A stretch of DNA of 37,559 nt, taken from the NCBI GenBank assembly GCA_017609145.1, contig JAFCEM010000001.1:1-37559 (forward strand), written 5' to 3'. Positions within the stretch are counted from its first letter, which is position 1. Every line of letters begins with the position of its first letter. Source of the DNA: Candidatus Aenigmatarchaeota archaeon. Lineage in GTDB: Archaea; Aenigmatarchaeota; Aenigmatarchaeia; QMZP01. The notes beneath the pieces were generated by a model, which saw nothing but the letters and a program-made list of their open reading frames with translations, was not told the DNA's origin and did no database searches. Positions 16,024 to 24,985 of the stretch are shown in pieces. Made by a program: the position numbers and the translations under genes.

Positions 16024-16241
16024 AGTTACACCTTCTTATTTTAAGGAAACATAATCTTCTTTCAGCAGGTTCGTTAAAGCTTTTCATCTATATCATCTTG
16101 TCAGAAACAAAGCCAATGAATGCTCTCCTACAAGAGCATCATTACTACAAGAAGCAGTACACCGGTCACTACCATGTGTATGGATGACGGCTTGATTTGC
16201 ATAGAAATAGATTTGGCGAGCAATTATTTAAAGGTTAATGC

Positions 16242-16538
16242 TTACCTTATTTCGAACGGGCCCAGGTCTGTTGTGCGCTTCTCCTTTCTGACCTCAACGT
16301 TCCTGATTTCTGCGCCCGGAGGGCCCTGCCTACACAGCTCGACCATCTTCTCAACATCGTGCTCCTCGCCCTCAAAAACAGCCTCAACCTTCCCGTTCGG
16401 GATGTTCTTCACCCACCCATCAACCTCGTACATCCTTGCATTGCTTTTGAGGAACGAACGGAAGAAAACGCCCTGAACATTCCCTGATATCAGAACATGA
16501 ATTCTTACCTTCTTCATATACTGACTCCCCACAATCAA
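16242..16538 (-). CDS. acyP: Acylphosphatase
   Basis: 98 aa. VRIHVLISGNVQGVFFRSFLKSNA...VDGWVKNIPNGKVEAVFEGEE...GPPGAEI is the canonical acylphosphatase signature (V.G.VQGV.FR...G.V.N...G.V). The start is probably the internal MKKV. Confidence 0.88.
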   Translation of the reverse strand: MIVGSQYMKKVRIHVLISGNVQGVFFRSFLKSNARMYEVDGWVKNIPNGKVEAVFEGEEHDVEKMVELCRQGPPGAEIRNVEVRKEKRTTDLGPFEIR

Positions 16539-16574
16539 TGTTTAATTTATAACTGTAAGTAATTTATTCTTTTA

Positions 16575-18752
16575 ATGGACGATGTTGTTGAAAAAGTGTT
16601 GCATGCTTCTGGTTTTGGGTCACTGAACCCCGTGCAGCAGTCGGCGCTTGATTCAGGGTTGCTCAGGGGCAGAAGCCTGGTTGTTGCAGCGCCGACTGCG
16701 TCAGGCAAGACGCTCGTTGCAGAGATGGCCGCGCTGGATACTATAATGAGGCGCGGGAAAAAGGTCGTCTACATCGTCCCGCTCAAGGCCCTTGCATCGG
16801 AGAAGTATGAGGATTTCAGGGAGAAGTATGAGAAGTTTGGCCTGCGCGTGGCACTGAGCATCGGGGACCTTGATTCAACAGACCCCTGGCTTGCGAATTA
16901 TGACCTTATCATTGCTACTTCGGAAAAAATGGATTCCCTGCTCAGGCACGGAATTGTATGGGCCCATGAAATAGGTTTGGTTGTCGCCGATGAAATACAC
17001 CTGCTCAATGACCCTGGCAGGGGGCCAACGCTTGATATCGTGCTCACAAAACTCAGGCAGACCTCAAACCCGTGCATCCTCGGCCTGTCAGCAACCATAA
17101 GCAACTACAAGGAACTTGCGGAATGGCTGGATGCAGGTGTAATCAAATCCGACTACAGGCCCGTGAAGCTCTACAGGGGGCTGCATTTTGACGGGGATGT
17201 TTCCTTTGTTCCAGAGAGGAAACTGGAGCTCAGAAGCAACAACCCACTGGAGGAGCTTGTCAGCGACACACTTGAAAAGGACAAGCAGGCGCTCGTTTTT
17301 GTTTCGACTAGGAAGAGCACAGAGGTGGTTGCGGAGAATCTTGGGAAGGCAACGGAAAACATGCTTGATGCCGAAAGACTGAAAAGGCTGTCAGGTCTTT
17401 CAGAAGAGGTGCTACATGTCGTGGGCCACCCCACGAGGCAGTGCGAACAGCTTGCGAAGTGTGTAAAAAAGGGCTCTGCGTTCCATCATGCAGGGCTTGC
17501 CGCGAAGCAGAGGAAGCTTATAGAGGATTCCTTCAGGCAGGGCCTAATAAAGGTTGTCACTGCCACCCCAACCCTTGCTTTTGGCCTGAACCTCCCCGCT
17601 TACAGGGTAATTGTCAGGGACCTGAAGCGCTTCGCCTCGTTCGGCATGGAGTACATACCGGTGCTTGAGATACAGCAGATGCAGGGTAGGGCCGGCAGGC
17701 CCAGATATGACGACGAGGGCGAGGCAATACTCCTTGCAAAGAGTAAGTCAGAGGCAAAGTATGCGTGGGACAGATACATCAACGGTGATTCTGAGAAGAT
17801 AACATCAAAACTCGGGGTCGAGCCTGTGCTCAGGACTCACGTTCTTGCGCTTATAGCGTCCGGCGTGACGCCGACAAGGAAGGAGCTGCTTGACTTCTTC
17901 TCAAAGACCTTCTACGCCTTCCATTACAAAGAGATGTCAGAGCTTGATGCCATTCTCGGCAGGGTCATAGCAATGCTCAGGGACTTCGGTTTCATTTCTG
18001 TGAATGGTGAGGTATCTGAAGCGCGGGATTCGGAAAATAGTGGTTTCCAGCCGGCATCGAGCATGATTGAACATGACTTTGGTGAGCTTAGGGCAACAAA
18101 AATCGGGAAAAGGATATCCGAGCTCTACCTTGACCCTCTAACTGCAAATGAGCTGATAAAAGGCCTGCAGGAAGCTAAGAAGAAGAATTGCCTTGAAACA
18201 TTCAACCTGCTGCACATGGTTTCGAACACCGTGGAGATGAGACCCCCTGTTTCACTAAGAAAGAGGGACCATGAGCTGATAAACGAGACAATGAACCGGC
18301 ATGGCAACAGGCTCCTTGGCAGAATCCCAAACGAGTGGGACATCGAGTACGATGATTTCATAAGGTCGGTCAAGACAGCAATAGTATTTGATGCGTGGGC
18401 AATGGAGATGGGTGAGGATAGGATTCTCGAGGAATTCGGGGTAACCCCGGGCGAGCTCAGGGCACGGCTTTCCAACCTTGACTGGCTGCTCTATTCAAGC
18501 GGAGAGATTGCACTGCTGCTCGGGTTCATGGACATGCTCGGACAGATACGGAAAACCAGAATCAGGACAAAATATGGCATAAGGGAAGAGCTGCTGCCTC
18601 TTGTAAAGCTTAAGGGCATCGGACGCATCAGGGCAAGGATGCTATGGAACGCTGGATTCAGGAAAATCGCAGATCTCAGGAAGGCTTCTCTGCAGCGGGT
18701 GGAAAAGATTGTAGGCAAAAAAATAGCAGAAAGCATAAAGCAACAGCTATGA
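16575..18752 (+). CDS. hel308: Hel308 / Ski2-like ATP-dependent DNA helicase
   Basis: 725 aa. It has motif I APTASGKT, motif II DEIHLL, motif III SAT and motif VI QMQGRAGRP, plus C-terminal winged-helix/ratchet and HhH-like regions (LKGIGRIRARMLWNAG). Confidence 0.9.
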   Translation: MDDVVEKVLHASGFGSLNPVQQSALDSGLLRGRSLVVAAPTASGKTLVAEMAALDTIMRRGKKVVYIVPLKALASEKYEDFREKYEKFGLRVALSIGDLDSTDPWLANYDLIIATSEKMDSLLRHGIVWAHEIGLVVADEIHLLNDPGRGPTLDIVLTKLRQTSNPCILGLSATISNYKELAEWLDAGVIKSDYRPVKLYRGLHFDGDVSFVPERKLELRSNNPLEELVSDTLEKDKQALVFVSTRKSTEVVAENLGKATENMLDAERLKRLSGLSEEVLHVVGHPTRQCEQLAKCVKKGSAFHHAGLAAKQRKLIEDSFRQGLIKVVTATPTLAFGLNLPAYRVIVRDLKRFASFGMEYIPVLEIQQMQGRAGRPRYDDEGEAILLAKSKSEAKYAWDRYINGDSEKITSKLGVEPVLRTHVLALIASGVTPTRKELLDFFSKTFYAFHYKEMSELDAILGRVIAMLRDFGFISVNGEVSEARDSENSGFQPASSMIEHDFGELRATKIGKRISELYLDPLTANELIKGLQEAKKKNCLETFNLLHMVSNTVEMRPPVSLRKRDHELINETMNRHGNRLLGRIPNEWDIEYDDFIRSVKTAIVFDAWAMEMGEDRILEEFGVTPGELRARLSNLDWLLYSSGEIALLLGFMDMLGQIRKTRIRTKYGIREELLPLVKLKGIGRIRARMLWNAGFRKIADLRKASLQRVEKIVGKKIAESIKQQL

Positions 18753-18945
18753 TTTGGTTTCATTTTATATACTGGTTAATAACAATATAATTATATGGCG
18801 AAGGGGGGAGGGACAAAAAACCTGACAAACCAAAAAAGAAAGGCTCCCCAAAGAGTGGTGGAGCTTCTTCAAGTGCCGTGGCTGTGGTTGCACAGATGAT
18901 TTGAGTTTGTCTAAGTCTTATTAATCCCACTCTCAATTCTTTAGC

Positions 18946-19950
18946 ATGAAAGAAGCCTTGTTCTATGAGAAATCTTCTGGAAAGCGGGTAAAATGCACAC
19001 TGTGCCCGCGTCACTGTGTGATACCCGACGGTGAGCGCGGCCTCTGCAGCACGCGAGAGAACCGCGGCGGCAGGCTTTATTCGGTTTATTACGGAAAGCC
19101 ATGTTCTGTCAGCATCGACCCGATAGAGAAGAAGCCGCTTTTCCATTTTGCGCCCGGTTCGCAGGCATTGTCCATTGCAACCGCTGGATGCAACCTTGCA
19201 TGTGCTTTCTGCCAGAACTGGGAAATATCACACCCAGAGACAGAGGTTCCGACCGAAGACCTGCCGCCGGAAAGAGTTGTGGAAATCGCAAAGAATTATA
19301 GCGTGCAAGGCATATCTTACACTTATACGGAGCCCACAGTATTCTACGAGTACGCACTGGACACGATGAAACTCGCCCGAAAGGCCGGGCTCTACAATAT
19401 GTGGGTTTCCAACGGCTATACCAGCCCCAGACCCGCGCAAAAGGCAGCAAAGTACATGGATGCCATAAACATTGACCTCAAGGGTGATGTCAAATTCTAC
19501 AGGAAATTGTGTGGTGTGCCGAGCGAGGAGCCCGTATACGATGCGCTCAATGTCTACAAAAAATCTGGTGTGTTCATCGAGATAACGAATCTCATAATCC
19601 CGGGCTGCAACGACAGGCCGGAACAGATTGAGAAGCTCGTGCGCTGGGTCAGGGATAATCTGGGTCCCGACACACCGCTGCATTTCTCAAGGTTCTATCC
19701 GAACCACAGATTGACTGATGTGAAGCCGACGCCGGTCAGCACACTCGAGAAGGCATACAACATTGCCAGAAAAGCGGGAATGAAGTGGGTTTATGTCGGC
19801 AACGTACCCGGACACAGGAACGAATCCACATACTGCCCGAAGTGTGGGGAGGTTGTCATAAAGAGGGAAGGGTACAATATTGATTTAAAAGAAAGTTGCA
19901 GCAAATGTAATACAAGAATAATGCTTAAAGGGCAGAAGTGGATAAAATGA
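18946..19950 (+). CDS. AmmeMemoRadiSam system radical SAM enzyme (PflA-like activase family)
   Basis: 334 aa. It has an N-terminal VKCTLCPRHCVIPDGERGLC, the radical SAM cluster motif CNLACAFCQNW and a C-terminal CPKCG...CSKC zinc ribbon. Confidence 0.85.
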   Translation: MKEALFYEKSSGKRVKCTLCPRHCVIPDGERGLCSTRENRGGRLYSVYYGKPCSVSIDPIEKKPLFHFAPGSQALSIATAGCNLACAFCQNWEISHPETEVPTEDLPPERVVEIAKNYSVQGISYTYTEPTVFYEYALDTMKLARKAGLYNMWVSNGYTSPRPAQKAAKYMDAINIDLKGDVKFYRKLCGVPSEEPVYDALNVYKKSGVFIEITNLIIPGCNDRPEQIEKLVRWVRDNLGPDTPLHFSRFYPNHRLTDVKPTPVSTLEKAYNIARKAGMKWVYVGNVPGHRNESTYCPKCGEVVIKREGYNIDLKESCSKCNTRIMLKGQKWIK

Positions 19951-19987
19951 TAATCGGATTGATAGGTGCGTTCTTCATACTGTTCTC

Positions 19988-20200
19988 GTGGTTTTTGAGA
20001 TGATAGAAACAGTCAAGCGTCACAAGAGGCTGATTGATCTCATGTTCGCATTCCTTTACTTCGCCGGGATTATATTTCTTATATACTACAGCATCCAGAT
20101 AAATGATGTCGTTTTCTTTTACCTCAATACATCCATATTTGTTTTCGTTGCGGGTGAACTTCTGGTCAGTATGTTTTTAATAAAGAAAAGAAAAAAATAA
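19988..20200 (+). CDS. Small membrane protein, function unknown
   Basis: 70-aa ORF from a GTG start (an ATG alternative is at 20000). There are two hydrophobic helices and a KKRKK tail. Confidence 0.4.
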   Translation: MVFEMIETVKRHKRLIDLMFAFLYFAGIIFLIYYSIQINDVVFFYLNTSIFVFVAGELLVSMFLIKKRKK

Positions 20201-20231
20201 ACCTTTTAAAAACAACCCACAATCTATTCCT

Positions 20232-20666
20232 ATGGACGAGGACATTCGGGAGATTACAAAAAAGAAGCTCAGCGAGGGGTGGATAAAGTCCTGGATGATG
20301 ATAGAGGCCCTGGCAATAAACAAGGAAACCGTTGATTCCGCGCTGAACAAACACATAGAGAAGATTGAGAAGGAGGACAAGAGTATTGTCATCAAAAAGG
20401 AGTTCAAAGAGACCAAGACCGTGGAAAGCCCTTTCGAGGATGTCAAGGAAGCGCACTCGGGTATCGTGGAGCTTGAAATCCTGACAGAGACACTGGACAA
20501 ACTGTTCTTCATCGTAATAAACTACGGGCCCTCTGCAGTGGAGATACTCGAGCCGGAGAAGATAACCATAGACATGGGAGAGGCTCAGGGCATCCTGAAC
20601 TCAATGGCAGATATCATACACAAGTTCGCCGCTGCAACAATGGGCGGGCTCGGGGTCGAGACCTGA
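20232..20666 (+). CDS. Hypothetical protein
   Basis: 144 aa, K/E-rich N-terminal half and a conserved-looking C-terminal half (FFIVINYGPSAVEILEPEKITIDMGEAQGILNSMADIIHKFAAATMGG). No domain recognised. Confidence 0.5.
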   Translation: MDEDIREITKKKLSEGWIKSWMMIEALAINKETVDSALNKHIEKIEKEDKSIVIKKEFKETKTVESPFEDVKEAHSGIVELEILTETLDKLFFIVINYGPSAVEILEPEKITIDMGEAQGILNSMADIIHKFAAATMGGLGVET

Positions 20667-20792
20667 TTCGGGTTAAACCGAACAAAAAGTGCCTGATATT
20701 TAAGCAGGCCTGCTAATTGGTTGTTCATGGGCAAGGTCATGAACCTGGCTGCTGGTTAAACGGTGAAGCCAATGAGCTTATAGTAATAGTTA

Positions 20793-21029
20793 TTAAATAT
20801 TATAATTCTCTAATATTTTTTCTATTTCTTTTATCGACTCAGATTCTATGTGTGCATATACGGAATAATCGCCCGGCAACAGGATTTCTTTTTTCACAGT
20901 CTTGCCCTCTATCATGTATCTCATCAGATTATTGCGCATAGCGTAAAGTGCCCTCACAATTGCTGTTCTCTTTGGGGATATCTCTGTTGGGAGTATCTCT
21001 GATGTTTTCATGTAAAAGAATTGAATCAA
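20793..21029 (-). CDS. Hypothetical small protein (AT-rich block)
   Basis: 78-aa ORF (an internal MKTSE start is possible). No recognised domain. Confidence 0.4.
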   Translation of the reverse strand: MIQFFYMKTSEILPTEISPKRTAIVRALYAMRNNLMRYMIEGKTVKKEILLPGDYSVYAHIESESIKEIEKILENYNI

Positions 21030-21056
21030 AGTATTAAAAGTTTTACCAGTGACAAC

Positions 21057-21323
21057 TCACATGAAAAACATAAAAACAATTACCAGAATAATGATGATAA
21101 CGACCACTATTGGGATTATCTTGGTTTTGAGCGCTTTTCCTATTGATTTTTTGCGGGACGGGACGGGACCGCCTATTCTGTCCATGCTCTCGACGAAGTC
21201 CATGGCCTCATTGACCTGCTCGTTGGTCCAGCCCTTTTCCACCAGAGCCTGTCCGATCTGATCTATGGTATAGCCTTTTTTCAGGTATTCTTTCACAAAC
21301 TTGATAAGGGTCTGGTCGGGCAT
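21057..21323 (-). CDS. Hypothetical tail-anchored membrane protein
   Basis: 88 aa. It has a soluble helical N-terminus (LIKFVKEYLKKGYTIDQIGQALVEKGWTNEQVNEAMDFV) and a C-terminal TM segment IIPIVVVIIIILVIVFMFFM. Confidence 0.5.
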   Translation of the reverse strand: MPDQTLIKFVKEYLKKGYTIDQIGQALVEKGWTNEQVNEAMDFVESMDRIGGPVPSRKKSIGKALKTKIIPIVVVIIIILVIVFMFFM

Positions 21324-21356
21324 TGATTAATATTTGTCCGCACGGGCTTAAATTTC

Positions 21357-21701
21357 TTAGAATGCATTAACAACACTATCGAAAATTCTTTTTGCTTTTG
21401 TTCGCTGGAGTTTAATTCCAAACAGTTTATTCATACTTTCTATTTCGGTGTAGACTACATGTTTGCTGGGAATATAGTTCCCCTTGTAATGTGTATTGAA
21501 AAATCTTTCTACACTTCCATATATTTCTTCCGGATTCACTTCGCCCGTTGATAAAAGACTATATAGAAATTTCTCTCTGGCAACGATTTGGTAATCTATC
21601 GGGTCATCAATTGCATCTAAATTCTCACAAAGCGCTTTATAGCGCCTGTACATTGCTTCAGCCAATATTTTCTCATCTCTGGTTAATGTTATTTCTTTCA
21701 T
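21357..21701 (-). CDS. Hypothetical protein, downstream member of a coupled gene pair
   Basis: 114-aa ORF. Its ATG (21699-21701) directly abuts the TGA (21702-21704) of the upstream 87-aa ORF. Confidence 0.5.
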   Translation of the reverse strand: MKEITLTRDEKILAEAMYRRYKALCENLDAIDDPIDYQIVAREKFLYSLLSTGEVNPEEIYGSVERFFNTHYKGNYIPSKHVVYTEIESMNKLFGIKLQRTKAKRIFDSVVNAF

Positions 21702-21965
21702 TCAAAACACCCTTTTCTGAATCCCCCTATAAATCCGGTCAGCTTCTCCATAATCGCCTCTTAACATTGCCCTTAAAAAATCATTTGCAACCTCAACTCT
21801 TTTGTCTTCTGTTAAATTCGGCAGAGCAAATTCTATTCCATTTATTTTCATTGCGTTTGTTAGGTCCTCTGTTTCTCTCAATTTTTTAAAATAAAGTTTT
21901 ATCTCTCCACATGGCAACTGTTTTCCACCACTTGCATAGTCTTTTCCTAATATCATATTAATCAC
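21702..21965 (-). CDS. Hypothetical protein, upstream member of a coupled gene pair
   Basis: 87-aa ORF with no recognised domain. Its stop is immediately followed by the next start (TGAATG). Confidence 0.5.
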   Translation of the reverse strand: MINMILGKDYASGGKQLPCGEIKLYFKKLRETEDLTNAMKINGIEFALPNLTEDKRVEVANDFLRAMLRGDYGEADRIYRGIQKRVF

Positions 21966-22049
21966 TGATAAATAGTGACATTTTAGGATTTATAAAGCTT
22001 TCGGTGAGGTAAAAATGGGCGTTAACTGCTGGTTTTGTTTTTTGTAAAA

Positions 22050-22715
22050 TCAGATGAAAACCCGTATGTCCGCTGCGATGCAGTGTTTGTCGTCTATGAA
22101 AAGGGGGTTGATGTCAAGCTCCCTTATGGGCTTTTTGGTTTTCTGGAGCTTCCACATCATTCTCGATATGCTGAGCAGGCAGTTTTCAAGGGCCTTCATG
22201 TCCACTTTTTTCTGCCCCCGTGCCCCTGCAAGCAGGGGGTAACCCTTTATGCCTGAAATCATGTACCTTGCATCCTTCTTCTTTATGGGCACTATGCCGA
22301 AAGAAACGTCCTTCATGACCTCGACGAATATGCCACCGAGACCGAACATTATCACGGGCCCGAACTGCGGGTCCTGCTTGCCGCCGATTATTACCTCGCG
22401 GATTCCGGAACCCGATACCATCTCCTGTACTATAACACCCCTTATGTCCGCCTTTGGCTTGTGTTTCTTCGCATTCTTTAGTATGCGCGCAAAGGCCTTC
22501 CTCAGCTGGAAGACGTCCTCCACGCCGAGTGCAAGGACACCGGCGTCTGTCTTGTGTATTATGTCCGGGGAAGAAACCTTCATGACAACAGGGTAGCCGA
22601 TTTTCTTCGCGCAGGCGGCGGCCTCAGCTTCTGTCCTTGCCAGCATGTGCCTGGCAACGGGCACGCCAAAGCTTCCGAGGAGCTTCGCGGCCTCAAGGTC
22701 GTCCATCTTTTTCAT
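22050..22715 (-). CDS. ADP-forming acetyl-CoA synthetase beta subunit-like ATP-grasp protein
   Basis: 221 aa. EAAKLLGSFGVPVARH...AKKIGYPVVMKVSSPDIIHKTDAGVLALGV...GVIVQEMV...REVIIGGKQDPQFGPVIMFGLGGIFVEVMKDVSF...INPL matches the ACD beta / ATP-grasp_5 pattern. There is no alpha subunit in the window. Confidence 0.78.
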   Translation of the reverse strand: MKKMDDLEAAKLLGSFGVPVARHMLARTEAEAAACAKKIGYPVVMKVSSPDIIHKTDAGVLALGVEDVFQLRKAFARILKNAKKHKPKADIRGVIVQEMVSGSGIREVIIGGKQDPQFGPVIMFGLGGIFVEVMKDVSFGIVPIKKKDARYMISGIKGYPLLAGARGQKKVDMKALENCLLSISRMMWKLQKTKKPIRELDINPLFIDDKHCIAADIRVFI

Positions 22716-22772
22716 GATTAATATTATGCCTCCTGATAGTTAAATTTAAATCCGCCATGAAAAAATTTAATC

Positions 22773-23555
22773 ATGAAAACCATGAAGTCCAGGAAGATCA
22801 TAGTCTCCAGAGGCAGGAAAGGCAACATGCTTACATGGTACCTTATAACCATCAATGTTGTCGCCTTTCTTATCGTGTTTTCGATGCCCGAGGCGGCTCG
22901 CGAAGCGGTGTTCCAGAACTTCTCGTTCTCCATGGCGAGCACAGGGCAGATATGGAGATGGCTGACATCTCTGTTCCTGCATGTGAGCGCATCACACCTG
23001 TTCTTCAATATGCTGGGATTGTACTTTTTCGGTAAGATTGCCGAGAAAGAGCTCCCGAGAAGTTGGTTCCTTTCGCTTTACTTCGTGGGCGGACTGCTTG
23101 GAAATTTCATCTTCGGTGTCACTGACCCGGGGCTTGTTGCCGGGGCATCGGGTTGTGTTTTTGCGATAATGGGAGCTGCCATGCTGCTGAACCCGATAAA
23201 GAAGACGCACTTCTATGTAATACCACTGCCTATTGGCATTGTTGCCATAATATTCGTCCTGACAGAAGTCTTTGTTGCATACTTTGACGCCACACTCGGC
23301 GGCGTAGCACACATGGCGCACCTTGGCGGGCTCCTGACCGGTACCGTATTCGCATTCTTCTATGACGTGCGGCGCGCAATGAAGGGCAGCATGGTACTTG
23401 GTGTCTGCATACTGCTGCTGTTGTTCCTCGGTCCTGTATTCGGGCTGATAGCCGGGATAGGCGTAATCATACTCAACACAATAGATGCCATAATAGGTTT
23501 CTTTCTCTATGGCCTGGCCTCTCTACTTTCATTCATGTGGGTATTTCTGCTATAA
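22773..23555 (+). CDS. Rhomboid-family intramembrane serine protease
   Basis: 260 aa with multiple TM helices. It has WRWLTSLFLHVSASHLFFNM, the catalytic GASGCVFAIMGA (GxSG) and AHLGGLLTG (His). Confidence 0.85.
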   Translation: MKTMKSRKIIVSRGRKGNMLTWYLITINVVAFLIVFSMPEAAREAVFQNFSFSMASTGQIWRWLTSLFLHVSASHLFFNMLGLYFFGKIAEKELPRSWFLSLYFVGGLLGNFIFGVTDPGLVAGASGCVFAIMGAAMLLNPIKKTHFYVIPLPIGIVAIIFVLTEVFVAYFDATLGGVAHMAHLGGLLTGTVFAFFYDVRRAMKGSMVLGVCILLLLFLGPVFGLIAGIGVIILNTIDAIIGFFLYGLASLLSFMWVFLL

Positions 23556-23580
23556 AGAAAAAGAAGGGAGGTGAAAAAAA

Positions 23581-24762
23581 TCACCTTCCGACTATTGGTA
23601 CGCCCAGTTCCTGTGAGTAATCTTTTCTGACTTCCTCTTTCTGCGCGACAGGCCCCAAAATGTAGGGGGACTTTATTCCGGTCATTATTGTTATGACCCG
23701 CAGCTTGCTTCCGAATGCAGGGTCAATCCTTGCCCCCCAGATTACCTGCGCGTCAGGGTCGAGCTGCTTCGAGACGTATTCCCCTATGAGGTTTATCTCG
23801 TCCAGCTTCAGGTTGTCGCCGCCGGTTATGTGTATAAGGGCGCCTGTGCCACCTTCATAGCTCACCTCGAGAAGGGGGTTTGTCATTGCTTTCATTACAG
23901 CCTCTTCTGCCCTGTTTTTGGTGTCGGACTCGCCAAAACCAACCGATGCCACGCCGCCCGAATGCATTATCGTCTTTACGTCGGCATAGTCCAGGTTGAC
24001 CAGCGAGGGCTGTGATATCGTCTCTGTCACACCCTTTATCGTTGTCGCTATCAGGTTGTCCGCAACACCAAAGGCCTGTTGTAGCGGCAGGTCGCCGGCT
24101 ATTTTCAGCAGCTTGTCATTCTCTATGACAATCACTGTGTCGCATACCTGCCTGAGCTGGTACAGCCCGTCCTCGGCCTTGCCTATCCTTGCACCTTCTA
24201 TTTTGAACGGCATTGTGACGCATCCTATGACAATCGCGCCCATATCCTTCGCTATTTCTGCTATCAGCGGAGAAGCTCCGGTGCCCGTGCCGCCACCGAG
24301 ACCTGCTGTTATGAACAGCATATCCACGTCCTTGAGTGCGTTTCTTATTTCCCTTTCGCTTTCCTGGGTTGCCCTCCTTCCTATATCAGGATATCCTCCT
24401 GCACCGAGCCCCTTCGTAAGCTCCTTGCCTATCATTATCTTCTTGTGGCTGTTTGTCACAGACAGATGCTTTACATCAGTGTTTATTGCAATTGTCTGGG
24501 CTCCCTTTACGTTCATATCAGTCAGTCTTTTTACGCTGTTGTTTCCTGCACCCCCGCATCCCATGACGCATATCTTCGCTTCCTTGACATCCATACCGAA
24601 TTCCTTTTGTATTTCGCTGATTTCTTCATGGTGCTGGACGGGCTCCTGAACGACGGGTTGAGCCTGTGTATGGGGCGCCTGTTCAACGGTCCTTTCGCTT
24701 TCGATGGGTTCGCCGTACTCGTTGAAAGACCTGTCAAAAGCTTTCTGAACCAAAGATTCCAT
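23581..24762 (-). CDS. ftsZ: Cell division GTPase FtsZ
   Basis: 393 aa. It has GCGGAGNN, the tubulin signature GLGGGTGTGASP, NTD and a T7 loop region. About 55 aa of acidic/Q-rich sequence extend the N-terminus. Confidence 0.93.
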   Translation of the reverse strand: MESLVQKAFDRSFNEYGEPIESERTVEQAPHTQAQPVVQEPVQHHEEISEIQKEFGMDVKEAKICVMGCGGAGNNSVKRLTDMNVKGAQTIAINTDVKHLSVTNSHKKIMIGKELTKGLGAGGYPDIGRRATQESEREIRNALKDVDMLFITAGLGGGTGTGASPLIAEIAKDMGAIVIGCVTMPFKIEGARIGKAEDGLYQLRQVCDTVIVIENDKLLKIAGDLPLQQAFGVADNLIATTIKGVTETISQPSLVNLDYADVKTIMHSGGVASVGFGESDTKNRAEEAVMKAMTNPLLEVSYEGGTGALIHITGGDNLKLDEINLIGEYVSKQLDPDAQVIWGARIDPAFGSKLRVITIMTGIKSPYILGPVAQKEEVRKDYSQELGVPIVGR

Positions 24763-24985
24763 ATATCCACCTCCCTTTTAACGCCACTCCAAAACATATA
24801 TCGGAGCAGCGAAATCTTTTTTAAACTCCTTTTTGTATTATATTCATCAGAATAAGCAAAACCACTTCAATTAATCACTTTCCCCAAAGTGACACAAAGC
24901 AAACTTCAATCCCTCAATTGAATTTGCTCTAGTTCTGTACGCCTGATTGAGTATAATGTATTTGTATTCATGATATATAAATCTA

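Noticed and set aside
16024-16241. 218-nt spacer with a 24-codon hydrophobic minus-strand ORF (MQIKPSSIHMVVTGVLLLVVMMLL), plus the 118-aa plus-strand ORF 16120-16476.
   Set aside because: The tiny ORF has no supporting signals. The 118-aa ORF is antisense to the clearly real acylphosphatase gene.
18795-18899. 34-codon basic ORF (MAKGGGTKNLTNQKRKAPQRVVELLQVPWLWLHR) upstream of the radical SAM gene, considered as a possible RiPP precursor. An alternative frame reads ...KKPDKPKKKGSPKSGGASSSAVAVVAQMI but has no start codon.
   Set aside because: There is no leader/core organisation, no Cys/Ser/Thr-rich core and no recognisable motif. AmmeMemoRadiSam enzymes are not known peptide maturases. Support is too weak to call.
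18760-19146. 128-aa minus-strand ORF spanning the Hel308 / radical SAM spacer and the radical SAM 5' end.
   Set aside because: It overlaps the well-supported radical SAM N-terminus (VKCTLCPRHC...) on the opposite strand, and it has no motif support.
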